64,000 nucleotides of DNA, from NCBI GenBank assembly GCA_964016885.1, contig CAXHJY010001001.1, positions 109,723-173,722 on the forward strand, in the 5' to 3' direction. Under the pieces are notes generated by a model. It was not told the DNA's origin and searched no databases. It saw nothing but the letters and a program-made list of their open reading frames with translations. The position numbers were made by a program, and so were the translations under genes. Origin of the DNA: Eledone cirrhosa (Eukaryota). Of the stretch, positions 35,978-51,400 are shown piece by piece. Numbering within the stretch: the first letter of the stretch is position 1; the number at the start of each line of letters is the position of its first letter.

Positions 35978-36162
35978 TTGGCAGTATCGGTAGAGGGTCG
36001 CACACCATACTTTGTAGCAAAGAGTTACGGCCCTTTATGTTCTGAGTTCAAATCCCGCCGAGGTTCACTTTGCCTTGCATCCTTACGGGGGTCGATAAAA
36101 TAAAGTACCAGTAATGCACTGGGTATTTGCTGGCCTTGTGCCAAAAGTAGAAACGATTATAA
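35978..36162 (+). mobile_element. SINE family B, near full length
   Basis: TTGGCAGTATCGGTAGAGGGTCG...GAGTTCAAATCCCGCCGAGG..., very similar to 31676-31862. Confidence 0.85.
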
Positions 36163-36420
36163 TCTTATGTTTTTATCATCCAATTGACATGGTGTACACA
36201 GTTTCAATGGTTAGAATCAGATATTAGGAGATTAGCAAACATAGAGTCACTTGAACCACTGAAACTGGGTCAACCGCTCACACTAACTTAAACGATAAGG
36301 GAGCTTGTGTGTGTGTTTGTCTGTATGTGGGTGTGTGTCTGTGTGTCAGTATGTGTGTGTCTGTATGTGTGTGTGTGTGTGTCTATATGTGTTTCTGTGT
36401 GTGTGTAAGTGTCTGTGTGT

Positions 36421-36452
<32 letters not shown>

Positions 36453-36491
36453 AAGTAAACAGACCAGAAACTTGTTTATTGGAACAATTAA

Positions 36492-39400
36492 GACTGGCCC
36501 AGCTGGAGCAGTGATATATTACAGTAGAGTGGCCCAGCTGGTGCAGTGCTATATTACAGTAGAGTGGCCCAGCTGGAGAAGTGATATATTACAGTAGAGT
36601 GGCCCAGCTGGTGCAGTGCTATATTACAGTAGAGTGGCCCAGCTGGAGCAGTGCTATATTACAGTAGAGTGGCCCAGCTGGAGCAGTGATATAATACAGT
36701 AGAGTGGCCCAGCTGGAGCAGTGCTATATTACAGTAGAGTGGCCCAGCTGGAGCAGTGATGTATTACAGTAGACTGGCCCAGCTGGAGCAGTGATATATT
36801 ACAGTAGTGGCCTAGCTGGAGCAGTGATATATTACAGTAGACTGGCCCAGCTGGAGCAGTGATATATTACAGTAGAGTGGCCCAGCTGGAGCAGTGCTAT
36901 ATTACAGTAGAGTGGCCCAGCTGGAGCAGTGATATAAAAAAGTAGAGTGGCCCAGCTGGAGCAGTGATATATTACAGTAGAGTGACCCAGCTGGAGCAGT
37001 GATATATTACAGTAGAGTGGCCCAGCTGGAGCAGTGATATAATACAGTAGACTGGCCCAGCTGGAGCAGTGATATATTACAGTAGAGTGGCCCAGCTGGA
37101 GCAGTGATATATTACAGTAGACTGGCCCAGCTGGAGCAGTGATATATTACAGTAGAGTGGCCCAGCTGGAGCAGTGATATATTACAGTAGAGTGGCCCAG
37201 CTGGAGCAGTGATATATTACAGTAGAGTGGCCCAGCTGGAGCAGTGATATATTACAGTAGAGTGGCCCAGCTGGAGCAGTGATATATTACAGTAGAGTGG
37301 CCCAGCTGGAGCAGTGATATATTACAGTAGAGTGGCCCAGCTGGAGCAGTGATATAATACAGTAGAGTGGCCCAGCTGGAGCAGTGATATATTACAGTAG
37401 AGTGGCCCAGCTGGAGCAGTGATATAATACAGTAGAGTGGCCCAGCTGGAGCAGTGATATATTACAGTAGACTGGCCCAGCTGGAGCAGTGATATATTAC
37501 AGTAGAGTGGCCCAGCTGGAGCAGTGATATATTACAGTAGAGTGGCCCAGCTGGAGCAGTGATATATTAGAGTAGTGTGGCCCAGCTGGAGCAGTGCTAT
37601 ATTACAGTAGAGTGGCCCAGCTGGAGCAGTGATATAATACAGTAGAGTGGCTCAGCTGGAGCAGTGATATATTACAGTAGAGTGGCCCAGCTGGAGCAGT
37701 GATATATTACAGTAGACTGGCCCAGCTGGAGCAGTGATATATTACAGTAGAGTGGCCCAGCTGGTGCAGTGATATATTACAGTAGACTGGCCCAGCTGGA
37801 GCAGTGATATATTACAGTAGAGTGACCCAGCTGGAGCAGTGATATATTACAGTAGAGTGGCCCAGCTGGAGCAGTGATATATTACAATAGAGTGGCCCAG
37901 CTGGAGCAGTGATATATTACAGTAGAGTGGCCCAGCTGGAGCAGTGATATATTACAGTAGACTGGCCCAGCTGGAGCAGTGATATATTACAGTAGAGTGG
38001 CCCAGCTGGAGCAGTGATATATTACAGTAGACTGGCCCAGCTGGAGCAGTGATATATTACAGTAGAGTGGCCCAGCTGGAGCAGTGATATATTACAGTAG
38101 AGTGGCCCAGCTGGAGCAGTGATATATTACAGTAGAGTGGCCCAGCTGGAGCAGTGATATATTACAGTAGACTGGCCCAGCTGGAGCAGTGATATATTAC
38201 AGTAGAGTGGCCCAGCTGGAGCAGTGATATATTACAGTAGAGTGGCCCAGCTGGAGCAGTGATATATTACAGTAGACTGGCCCAGCTGGAGCAGTGCTAT
38301 ATTACAGTAGAGTTGCCCAGCTGGAGCAGTGATATATTACAGTAGACTGGCCCAGCTGGAGCAGTGATATATTACAGTAGACTGGCCCAGCTGGAGCAGT
38401 GATATATTACAGTAGACTGGCCCAGCTGGAGCAGTGATATATTACAGTAGAGTTGCCCAGCTGGAGCAGTGATATATTACAGTAGAGTTGCCCAGCTGGA
38501 GCAGTGATATATTACAGTAGAGTGGCCCAGCTGGAGCAGTGATATATTACAGTAGACTGGCCCAGCTGGAGCAGTGATATATTACAGTAGACTGGCCCAG
38601 CTGGAGCAGTGATATATTACAGTAGAGTGGCCCAGCTGGAGCAGTGATATATTACAGTAGACTGGCCCAGCTGGAGCAGTGATATATTACAGTAGACTGG
38701 CCCAGCTGGAGCAGTGATATATTACAGTAGAGTGGCCCAGCTGGAGCAGTGATATATTACAGTAGAGTGGCCCAGCTGGAGCAGTGATATATTACAGTAG
38801 AGTGGCCCAGCTGGAGCAGTGATATATTACAGTAGAGTGGCCCAGCTGGAGCAGTGATATATTACAGTAGACTGGCCCAGCTGGAGCAGTGATATATTAC
38901 AGTAGAGTGGCCCAGCTGGAGCAGTGATATATTACAGTAGAGTGGCCCAGCTGGAGCAGTGATATATTACAGTAGAGTGGCCCAGCTGGAGCAGTGATAT
39001 ATTACAGTAGAGTGGCCCAGCTGGAGCAGTGATATATTACAGTAGACTGGCCCAGCTGGAGCAGTGATATATTACAGTAGAGTGGCCCAGCTGGAGCAGT
39101 GATATAATACAGTAGACTGGCCCAGCTGGAGCAGTGATATACTACAGTAGACTGGCCCAGCTGGAGCAGTGATATATTACAGTAGAGTGGCCCAGCTGGA
39201 GCAGTGATATATTACAGTAGACTGGCCCAGCTGGAGCAGTGATATATTACAGTAGACTGGCCCAGCTGGAGCAGTGCTATATTACAGTAGAGTTGCCCAG
39301 CTGGAGCAGTGATATATTACAGTAGAGTGGCCCAGCTGGAGCAGTGATATAATACAGTAGACTGGCCCAGCTGGAGCAGTGATATACTACAGTAGACTGG

Positions 39401-42400
39401 CCCAGCTGGAGCAGTGATATATTACAGTAGACTGGCCCAGCTGGAGCAGTGCTATATTACAGTAGAGTTGCCCAGCTGGAGCAGTGATATATTACAGTAG
39501 ACTGGCCCAGCTGGAGCAGTGATATATTACAGTAGACTGGCCCAGCTGGAGCAGTGATATATTACAGTAGACTGGCCCAGCTGGAGCAGTGATATATTAC
39601 AGTAGAGTTGCCCAGCTGGAGCAGCGATATATTACAGTAGAGTGGCCCAGCTGGAGCAGTGCTATATTACAGTAGAGTTGCCCAGCTGGAGCAGTGATAT
39701 ATTACAGTAGACTGGCCCAGCTGGGGCAGTGCTATATTACAGTAGAGTGACCCAGCTGGAGCAGTGATATATTACAGTAGACTGGCCCAGCTGGAGCAGT
39801 GCTATATTACAGTAGAGTGGCCCAGCTGGAGCAGTGATATATTACAGTAGACTGGCCCAGCTGGAGCAGTGATATATTACAGTAGAGTGGCCCAGCTGGA
39901 GCAGTGATATATTACAGTAGAGTGGCCCAGCTGGAGCAGTGATAGATTACAGTAGACTGGCCCAGCTGGAACAGTGATATATTACAGTAGAGTGGCCCAG
40001 CTGGAGCAGTGATATATTACAGTAGAGTGGCCCAGCTGGAGCAGTGATATATTACAGTAGACTGGCCCAGCTGGAGCAGTGATATATTACAGTAGACTGG
40101 CCCAGCTGGAACAGTGATATATTACAGTAGAGTGGCCCAGCTGGAGCAGTGATATATTACAGTAGAGTGGCCCAGCTGGAGCAGTGATATATTACAGTAG
40201 ACTGGCCCAGCTGGAACAGTGATATATTACAGTAGAGTGGCCCAGCTGGAGCAGTGATATAATACAGTAGAGTGGCCCAGCTGGAGCAGTGATATATTAC
40301 AGTAGAGTGGCCCAGCTGGAGCAGTGATATATTACAGTAGAGTGGCCCAGCTGGAGCAGTGATATATTACAGTAGAGTGGCCCAGCTGGAGCAGTGATAT
40401 AATACAGTAGAGTGGCACAGCTGGAGCAGTGATATAATACAGTAGAGTGGCCCAGCTGGAGCAGTGATAATACAGTAGAGTGGCACAGCTGGAGCAGTGA
40501 TATAATACAGTAGAGTGGCCCAGCTGGAGCAGTGATATAATACAGTAGACTGGCCCAGCTGGAGCAGTGATATATTACAGTAGAGTGGCCCAGCTGGAGC
40601 AGTGATATAATACAGTAGAGGGGCCCAGCTGGAGCAGTGATATAATACAGTAGAGTGGCACAGCTGGAGCAGTGATATAATACAGTAGAGTGGCCCAGCT
40701 GGAGCAGTGATATAATACAGTAGAGTGGCACAGCTGGAGCAGTGATATAATACAGTAGAGTGGCACAGCTGGAGCAGTGATATAATACAGTAGAGTGGCC
40801 CAGCTGGAGCAGTGATATAATACAGTAGACTGGCCCAGCTGGAGCAGTGATATATTACAGTAGAGTGGCCCAGCTGGAGCAGTGATATAATACAGTAGAG
40901 TTGCCCAGCTGGAGCAGTGATATAATACAGTAGAGTGGCACAGCTGGAGCAGTGATATAATACAGTAGAGTGGCCCAGCTGGAGCAGTGATATAATACAG
41001 TAGAGTGGCACAGCTGGAGCAGTGATATAATGCAGTAGAGTGGCCCAGCTGGAGCAGTGATATAATACAGTAGACTGGCCCAGCTGGAGCAGTGATATAA
41101 TACAGTAGAGTGGCCCAGCTGGAGCAGTGATATAATACAGTAGAGTGGCCCAGCTGGAGCAGTGATATAATACAGTAGAGTGGCACAGCTGGAGCAGTGA
41201 TATAATACAGTAGAGTGGCCCAGCTGGAGCAGTGATATAATACAGTAGAGTGGCACAGCTGGAGCAGTGATATAATACAGTAGAGTGGCCCAGCTGGAGC
41301 AGTGATATAATACAGTAGACTGGCCAAGCTGGAGCAGTGATATATTACAGTAGAGTGGCCCAGCTGGAGCAGTGATATATTACAGTAGAGTGGCCCAGCT
41401 GGAGCAGTGATATAATACAGTAGAGTGGCCCAGCTGGAGCAGTGATATATTACAGTAGAGTGGCCCAGCTGGAGCAGTGATATAATACAGTAGAGTGGCC
41501 CAGCTGGAGCAGTAATATATTACAGTAGACTGGCCCAGCTGGAACAGTGATATATTACAGTAGACTGGCCCAGCTGGAGCAGTGATATATTACAGTAGAG
41601 TGACCCAGCTGGAGCAGTGATATATTACAGTAGAGTGGCCCAGCTGGAGCAGTGATATAATACAGTAGAGTGGCCCAGCTGGAGCAGTGATATATTAAAG
41701 TAGACTGGCCCAGCTGGAGCAGTAATATATTACAGTAGACTGGCCCAGCTGGAACAGTGATATATTACAGTAGACTGGCCCAGCTGGAGCAGTGATATAT
41801 TACAGTAGAGTGGCCCAGCTGGAGCAGTGCTATATTACAGTAGACTGGCCCAGCTGGAGCAGTGATATATTACAGTAGAGTGGCCCAGCTGGAGCAGTGA
41901 TATAATACAGTAGAGTGGCCCAGCTGGAGCAGTGATATAATACAGTAGAGTGGCCCAGCTGGAGCAGTGATATAATACAGTAGACTGGCCCAGCTGGAGC
42001 AGTAATATATTACAGTAGACTGGCCCAGCTGGAACAGTGATATATTACAGTAGACTGGCCCAGCTGGAGCAGTGATATATTACAGTAGAGTGGCCCAGCT
42101 GGAGCAGTGATATATTACAGTAGAGTGGCCCAGCTGGAGCAGTGATATATTACAGTAGAGTGGCCCAGCTGGAGCAGTGATATATTACAGTAGAGTGACC
42201 CAGCTGGAGCAGTGATATATTACAGTAGACTGGCCCAGCTGGAGCAGTGATATATTACAGTAGACTGGCCCAGCTGGAGCAGTGATATATTACAGTAGAG
42301 TGGCCCAGCTGGAGCAGTGCTATATTACAGTAGACTGGCCCAGCTGGAGCAGTGATATATTACAGTAGAGTGTCCCAGCTGGAGCAGTGATATATTACAG

Positions 42401-45400
42401 TAGAGTGACCCAGCTGGAGCAGTGATATATTACAGTAGAGTGGCCCAGCTGGAGCAGTAATATATTACAGTAGACTGGCCCAGCTGGAGCAGTGATATAT
42501 TACAGTAGAGTGGCCCAGCTGGAGCAGTGATATAATACAGTAGAGTGACCCAGCTGGAGCAGTGATATATTACAGTAGAGTGGCCCAGCTGGAGCAGTGA
42601 TATAATACAGTAGAGTGACCCAGCTGGAGCAGTGATATATTACAGTAGAGTGGCCCAGCTGGAGCAGTGATATATTACAGTAGAGTGGCCCAGCTGGAGC
42701 AGTGATATATTACAGTAGAGTGGCCCAGCTGGAGCAGTGATATATTACAGTAGACTGGCCCAGCTGGAGCAGTGATATATTACAGTAGGGTGGCCCAGCT
42801 GGAGCAGTGATATATTACAGTAGACTGGCCCAGCTGGAGCAGTGATATATTACAGTAGAGTGACCCAGCTGGAGCAGTGATATATTACAGTAGAGTGGCC
42901 CAGCTGGAGCAGTGATATATTACAGTAGACTGGCCCAGCTGGAGCAGTGATATATTACAGTAGAGTGGCCCAGCTGGAGCAGTGATATATTACAGTAGAG
43001 TGGCCCAGCTGGAGCAGTGATATATTACAGTAGAGTGGCCCAGCTCGAGCAGTGATATAATACAGTAGAGTGGCCCAGCTGGAGCAGTGATATATTACAG
43101 TAGAGTGGCCCAGCTGGAGCAGTGATATAATACAGTAGACTGGCCCAGCTGGAGCAGTGATATATTACAGTATAGTGGCCCAGCTGGAGTAGTGATATAT
43201 TACAGTAGACTGGCCCAGCTGGAGCAGTGATATATTACAGTATAGTGGCCCAGCTGGAGCAGTGATATATTACAGTAAACTGGCCCAGCTGGAGCAGTGA
43301 TATATTACAGTACAGTGGCCCAGCTGGAGCAGTGATATATTACAGTAGACTGGCCCAGCTGGAGCAGTGATATATTACAGTAGAGTGGGCCAGCTGGAGC
43401 AGTGATATATTACAGTAGACTGGCCCAGCTGGAGCAGTGATATATTACAGTAGACTGGCCCAGCTGGAGCAGTGATATATTACAGTAGAGTGGCCCAGCT
43501 GGAGCAGTGATATAATACAGTGGAGTGGCCCAGCTGGAGCAGTGATATAATACAGTAGAGTGGCCCAGCTGGAGCAGTGATATATTACAGTAGAGTGGCC
43601 CAGCTGGAGCAGTGCTATATTACAGTAGAGTGGCCCAGCTGGAGCAGTGATATAAAAAAGTAGAGTGGCCCAGCTGGAGCAGTGATATATTACAGTAGAG
43701 TGACCCAGCTGGAGCAGTGATATATTACAGTAGACTGGCCCAGCTGGAGCAGTGATATATTACAGTAGAGTGGCCCAGCTGGAGCAGTGATATATTACAG
43801 TAGAGTGGCCCAGCTGGAGCAGTGATATATTACAGTAGACTGGCTCAGCTGGAGCAGTGATATATTACAGTAGAGTGGCCCAGCTGGAGCAGTGATATAT
43901 TACAGTAGAGTGGCCCAGCTGGAGCAGTGATATATTACAGTAGAGTGGCCCAGCTGGAGCAGTGATATATTACAGTAGAGTGGCCCAGCTGGAGCAGTGA
44001 TATATTACAGTAGAGTGGCCCAGCTGGAGCAGTGATATATTACAGTAGAGTGGCCCAGCTGGAGCAGTGATATAATACAGTAGACTGGCCCAGCTGGAGC
44101 AGTGATATACTACAGTAGACTGGCCCAGCTGGAGCAGTGCTATATTACAGTAGAGTGGCCCAGCTGGAGCAGTGATATATTACAGTAGAGTGGCCCAGCT
44201 GGAGCAGTGATATAATACAGTAGACTGGCCCAGCTGGAGCAGTGATATACTACAGTAGACTGGCCCAGCTGGAGCAGTGATATATTACAGTAGACTGGCC
44301 CAGCTGGAGCAGTGCTATATTACAGTAGAGTTGCCCAGCTGGAGCAGTGATATATTACAGTAGACTGGCCCAGCTGGAGCAGTGATATATTACAGTAGAC
44401 TGGCCCAGCTGGAGCAGTGATATATTACAGTAGACTGGCCCAGCTGGAGCAGTGCTATATTACAGTAGAGTTGCCCAGCTGGAGCAGCGATATATTACAG
44501 TAGAGTGGCCCAGCTGGAGCAGTGCTATATTACAGTAGAGTTGCCCAGCTGGAGCAGTGATATATTACAGTAGACTGGCCCAGCTGGAGCAGTGCTATAT
44601 TACAGTAGAGTGACCCAGCTGGAGCAGTGATATATTACAGTAGACTGGCCCAGCTGGAGCAGTGCTATATTACAGTAGAGTTGCCCAGCTGGAGCAGCGA
44701 TATATTACAGTAGAGTGGCCCAGCTGGAGCAGTGCTATATTACAGTAGAGTTGCCCAGCTGGAGCAGTGATATATTACAGTAGACTGGCCCAGCTGGAGC
44801 AGTGCTATATTACAGTAGAGTTGCCCAGCTGGAGCAGCGATATATTACAGTAGAGTGGCCCAGCTGGAGCAGTGCTATATTACAGTAGAGTTGCCCAGCT
44901 GGAGCAGTGATATATTACAGTAGACTGGCCCAGCTGGAGCAGTGCTATATTACAGTAGAGTGGCCCAGCTGGAGCAGTGATATATTACAGAAGACTGGCC
45001 CAGCTGGAGCAGTGATATATTACAGTAGAGTTGCCCAGCTGGAGCAGTGATATATTACAGTATAGTGGCCCAGCTGGAGCAGTGATATATTACAGTAGAC
45101 TGGCCCAGCTGGAGCAGTGCTATATTACAGTAGAGTTGCCCAGCTGGAGCAGTGATATAATACAGTAGACTGGCCCAGCTGGAGCAGTGATATAATACAG
45201 TAGAGTTGCCCAGCTGGAGCAGTGATATAATACAGTAGAGTTGCCCAGCTAGAGCAGTGATATATTACAGTAGACTGGCCCAGCTGGAGCAGTGATATAA
45301 TACAGTAGAGTGACCCAGATGGAGCAGTGATATATTACAGTAGAGTGGCCCAGCTGGAGCAGTGATATAATACAGTAGACTGGCCCAGCTGGAGCAGTGA

Positions 45401-48400
45401 TATATTACAGTAGACTGGCCCAGCTGGAGCAGTGATATATTACAGTAGAGTGGCCCAGCTGGAGCAGTGATATATTACAGTAGAGTGGCCCAGCTGGAGC
45501 AGTGATAGATTACAGTAGACTGGCCCAGCTGGAACAGTGATATATTACAGTAGAGTGGCCCAGCTGGAGCAGTGATATAATACAGTAGAGTGGCCCAGCT
45601 GGAGCAGTGATATAATACAGTAGAGTGGCACAGCTGGAGCAGTGATATAATACAGTAGAGTGGCCCAGCTGGAGCAGTGATATAATACAGTAGAGTGGCA
45701 CAGCTGGAGCAGTGATATAATGCAGTAGAGTGGCCCAGCTGGAGCAGTGATATAATACAGTAGACTGGCCCAGCTGGAGCAGTGATATATTACAGTAGAG
45801 TGGCCCAGCTGGAGCAGTGATATAATACAGTAGAGTGGCCCATCTGGAGCAGTGATATAATACAGTAGAGTGGCACAGCTGGAGCAGTGATATAATACAG
45901 TAGAGTGGCCCAGCTGGAGCAGTGATATAATACAGTAGAGTGGCACAGCTGGAGCAGTGATATAATACAGTAGAGTGGCCCAGCTGGAGCAGTGATATAA
46001 TACAGTAGACTGGCCAAGCTGGAGCAGTGATATATTACAGTAGAGTGGCCCAGCTGGAGCAGTGATATATTACAGTAGAGAGGCCCAGCTGGAGCAGTGA
46101 TATAATACAGTAGAGTGGCCCAGCTGGAGCAGTGATATATTACAGTAGAGTGGCCCAGCTGGAGCAGTGATATAATACAGTAGAGTGGCCCAGCTGGAGC
46201 AGTAATATATTACAGTAGACTGGCCCAGCTGGAACAGTGATATATTACAGTAGACTGGCCCAGCTGGAGCAGTGATATATTACAGTAGAGTGACCCAGCT
46301 GGAGCAGTGATATATTACAGTAGAGTGGCCCAGCTGGAGCAGTGATATAATACAGTAGAGTGGCCCAGCTGGAGCAGTGATATATTAAAGTAGACTGGCC
46401 CAGCTGGAGCAGTAATATATTACAGTAGACTGGCCCAGCTGGAACAGTGATATATTACAGTAGACTGGCCCAGCTGGAGCAGTGATATATTACAGTAGAG
46501 TGGCCCAGCTGGAGCAGTGCTATATTACAGTAGACCTGCCCTATCTGGAGCAGTGATATATTACAGTAGAGTGGCCCAGCTGGAGCAGTGATATAATACA
46601 GTAGAGTGGCCCAGCTGGAGCAGTGATATAATACAGTAGAGTGGCCCAGCTGGAGCAGTGATATAATACAGTAGACTGGCCCAGCTGGAGCAGTGATATA
46701 TTACAGTAGACTGGCCCAGCTGGAACAGTGATATATTACAGTAGACTGGCCCAGCTGGAGCAGTGATATATTACAGTAGAGTGGCCCAGCTGGAGCAGTG
46801 ATATATTACAGTAGAGTGGCCCAGCTGGAGCAGTGATATATTACAGTAGAGTGGCCCAGCTGGAGCAGTGATATATTACAGTAGAGTGACCCAGCTGGAG
46901 CAGTGATATATTACAGTAGACTGGCACAGCTGGAGCAGTGATATATTACAGTAGACTGGCCCAGCTGGAGCAGTGATATATTACAGTAGAGTGGCCCAGC
47001 TGGAGCAGTGCTATATTACAGTAGACTGGCCCAGCTGGAGCAGTGATATATTACAGTAGAGTGTCCCAGCTGGAGCAGTGATATATTACAGTAGAGTGAC
47101 CCAGCTGGAGCAGTGATATATTACAGTAGAGTGGCCCAGCTGGAGCAGTAATATATTACAGTAGACTGGCCCAGCTGGAGCAGTGATATATTACAGTAGA
47201 GTGGCCCAGCTGGAGCAGTGATATAATACAGTAGAGTGACCCAGCTGGAGCAGTGATATATTACAGTAGAGTGGCCCAGCTGGAGCAGTGATATATTACA
47301 GTAGAGTGACCCAGCTGGAGCAGTGATATATTACAGTAGAGTGGCCCAGCTGGAGCAGTGATATATTACAGTAGAGTGGCCCAGCTGGAGCAGTGATATA
47401 TTACAGTAGAGTGGCCCAGCTGGAGCAGTGATATATTACAGTAGACTGGCCCAGCTGGAGCAGTGATATATTACAGTAGGGTGGCCCAGCTGGAGCAGTG
47501 ATATATTGCAGTAGACTGGCCCAGCTGGAGCAGTGATATATTACAGTAGAGTTGCCCAGCTGGAGCAGTGATATATTACAGTAGACTGGCCCAGCTGGAG
47601 CAGTGCTATATTACAGTAGAGTGACCCAGCTGGAGCAGTGATATATTACAGTAGACTGGCCCAGCTGGAGCAGTGCTATATTACAGTAGAGTGGCCCAGC
47701 TGGAGCAGTGATATATTACAGTAGACTGGCCCAGCTGGAGCAGTGATATATTACAGTAGAGTTGCCCAGCTGGAGCAGTGATATATTACAGTATAGTGGC
47801 CCAGCTGGAGCAGTGATATATTACAGTAGACTGGCCCAGCTGGAGCAGTGCTATATTACAGTAGAGTTGCCCAGCTGGAGCAGTGATATAATACAGTAGA
47901 CTGGCCCAGCTGGAGCAGTGATATAATACAGTAGAGTTGCCCAGCTGGAGCAGTGATATAATACAGTAGAGTTGCCCAGCTAGAGCAGTGATATATTACA
48001 GTAGACTGGCCCAGCTGGAGCAGTGATATAATACAGTAGAGTGACCCAGATGGAGCAGTGATATATTACAGTAGAGTGGCCCAGCTGGAGCAGTGATATA
48101 ATACAGTAGACTGGCCCAGCTGGAGCAGTGATATATTACAGTAGACTGGCCCAGCTGGAGCAGTGATATATTACAGTAGAGTGGCCCAGCTGGAGCAGTG
48201 ATATATTACAGTAGAGTGGCCCAGCTGGAGCAGTGATAGATTACAGTAGACTGGCCCAGCTGGAACAGTGATATATTACAGTAGAGTGGCCCAGCTGGAG
48301 CAGTGATATAATACAGTAGAGTGGCCCAGCTGGAGCAGTGATATAATACAGTAGAGTGGCACAGCTGGAGCAGTGATATAATACAGTAGAGTGGCCCAGC

Positions 48401-51400
48401 TGGAGCAGTGATATAATACAGTAGAGTGGCACAGCTGGAGCAGTGATATAATGCAGTAGAGTGGCCCAGCTGGAGCAGTGATATAATACAGTAGACTGGC
48501 CCAGCTGGAGCAGTGATATATTACAGTAGAGTGGCCCAGCTGGAGCAGTGATATAATACAGTAGAGTGGCCCAGCTGGAGCAGTGATATAATACAGTAGA
48601 GTGGCACAGCTGGAGCAGTGATATAATACAGTAGAGTGGCCCAGCTGGAGCAGTGATATAATACAGTAGAGTGGCACAGCTGGAGCAGTGATATAATACA
48701 GTAGAGTGGCCCAGCTGGAGCAGTGATATAATACAGTAGACTGGCCAAGCTGGAGCAGTGATATATTACAGTAGAGTGGCCCAGCTGGAGCAGTGATATA
48801 TTACAGTAGAGAGGCCCAGCTGGAGCAGTGATATAATACAGTAGAGTGGCCCAGCTGGAGCAGTGATATATTACAGTAGAGTGGCCCAGCTGGAGCAGTG
48901 ATATAATACAGTAGAGTGGCCCAGCTGGAGCAGTAATATATTACAGTAGACTGGCCCAGCTGGAACAGTGATATATTACAGTAGACTGGCCCAGCTGGAG
49001 CAGTGATATATTACAGTAGAGTGGCCCAGCTGGAGCAGTGATATAATACAGTAGAGTGACCCAGCTGGAGCAGTGATATATTACAGTAGAGTGGCCCAGC
49101 TGGAGCAGTGATATATTACAGTAGAGTGACCCAGCTGGAGCAGTGATATATTACAGTAGAGTGGCCCAGCTGGAGCAGTGATATATTACAGTAGAGTGGC
49201 CCAGCTGGAGCAGTGATATATTACAGTAGAGTGGCCCAGCTGGAGCAGTGATATATTACAGTAGACTGGCCCAGCTGGAGCAGTGATATATTACAGTAGG
49301 GTGGCCCAGCTGGAGCAGTGATATATTGCAGTAGACTGGCCCAGCTGGAGCAGTGATATATTACAGTAGAGTTGCCCAGCTGGAGCAGTGATATATTACA
49401 GTAGACTGGCCCAGCTGGAGCAGTGCTATATTACAGTAGAGTGACCCAGCTGGAGCAGTGATATATTACAGTAGACTGGCCCAGCTGGAGCAGTGCTATA
49501 TTACAGTAGAGTGGCCCAGCTGGAGCAGTGATATATTACAGTAGACTGGCCCAGCTGGAGCAGTGATATATTACAGTAGAGTTGCCCAGCTGGAGCAGTG
49601 ATATATTACAGTATAGTGGCCCAGCTGGAGCAGTGATATATTACAGTAGACTGGCCCAGCTGGAGCAGTGCTATATTACAGTAGAGTTGCCCAGCTGGAG
49701 CAGTGATATAATACAGTAGACTGGCCCAGCTGGAGCAGTGATATAATACAGTAGAGTTGCCCAGCTGGAGCAGTGATATAATACAGTAGAGTTGCCCAGC
49801 TAGAGCAGTGATATATTACAGTAGACTGGCCCAGCTGGAGCAGTGATATAATACAGTAGAGTGACCCAGATGGAGCAGTGATATATTACAGTAGAGTGGC
49901 CCAGCTGGAGCAGTGATATAATACAGTAGACTGGCCCAGCTGGAGCAGTGATATATTACAGTAGACTGGCCCAGCTGGAGCAGTGATATATTACAGTAGA
50001 GTGGCCCAGCTGGAGCAGTGATATATTACAGTAGAGTGGCCCAGCTGGAGCAGTGATAGATTACAGTAGACTGGCCCAGCTGGAACAGTGATATATTACA
50101 GTAGAGTGGCCCAGCTGGAGCAGTGATATAATACAGTAGAGTGGCCCAGCTGGAGCAGTGATATAATACAGTAGAGTGGCACAGCTGGAGCAGTGATATA
50201 ATACAGTAGAGTGGCCCAGCTGGAGCAGTGATATAATACAGTAGAGTGGCACAGCTGGAGCAGTGATATAATGCAGTAGAGTGGCCCAGCTGGAGCAGTG
50301 ATATAATACAGTAGACTGGCCCAGCTGGAGCAGTGATATATTACAGTAGAGTGGCCCAGCTGGAGCAGTGATATAATACAGTAGAGTGGCCCAGCTGGAG
50401 CAGTGATATAATACAGTAGAGTGGCACAGCTGGAGCAGTGATATAATACAGTAGAGTGGCCCAGCTGGAGCAGTGATATAATACAGTAGAGTGGCACAGC
50501 TGGAGCAGTGATATAATACAGTAGAGTGGCCCAGCTGGAGCAGTGATATAATACAGTAGACTGGCCAAGCTGGAGCAGTGATATATTACAGTAGAGTGGC
50601 CCAGCTGGAGCAGTGATATATTACAGTAGAGAGGCCCAGCTGGAGCAGTGATATAATACAGTAGAGTGGCCCAGCTGGAGCAGTGATATATTACAGTAGA
50701 GTGGCCCAGCTGGAGCAGTGATATAATACAGTAGAGTGGCCCAGCTGGAGCAGTAATATATTACAGTAGACTGGCCCAGCTGGAACAGTGATATATTACA
50801 GTAGACTGGCCCAGCTGGAGCAGTGATATATTACAGTAGAGTGACCCAGCTGGAGCAGTGATATATTACAGTAGAGTGGCCCAGCTGGAGCAGTGATATA
50901 ATACAGTAGAGTGGCCCAGCTGGAGCAGTGATATATTAAAGTAGACTGGCCCAGCTGGAGCAGTAATATATTACAGTAGACTGGCCCAGCTGGAACAGTG
51001 ATATATTACAGTAGACTGGCCCAGCTGGAGCAGTGATATATTACAGTAGAGTGGCCCAGCTGGAGCAGTGCTATATTACAGTAGACCTGCCCTATCTGGA
51101 GCAGTGATATATTACAGTAGAGTGGCCCAGCTGGAGCAGTGATATAATACAGTAGAGTGGCCCAGCTGGAGCAGTGATATAATACAGTAGAGTGGCCCAG
51201 CTGGAGCAGTGATATAATACAGTAGACTGGCCCAGCTGGAGCAGTAATATATTACAGTAGACTGGCCCAGCTGGAACAGTGATATATTACAGTAGACTGG
51301 CCCAGCTGGAGCAGTGATATATTACAGTAGAGTGGCCCAGCTGGAGCAGTGATATATTACAGTAGAGTGGCCCAGCTGGAGCAGTGATATATTACAGTAG

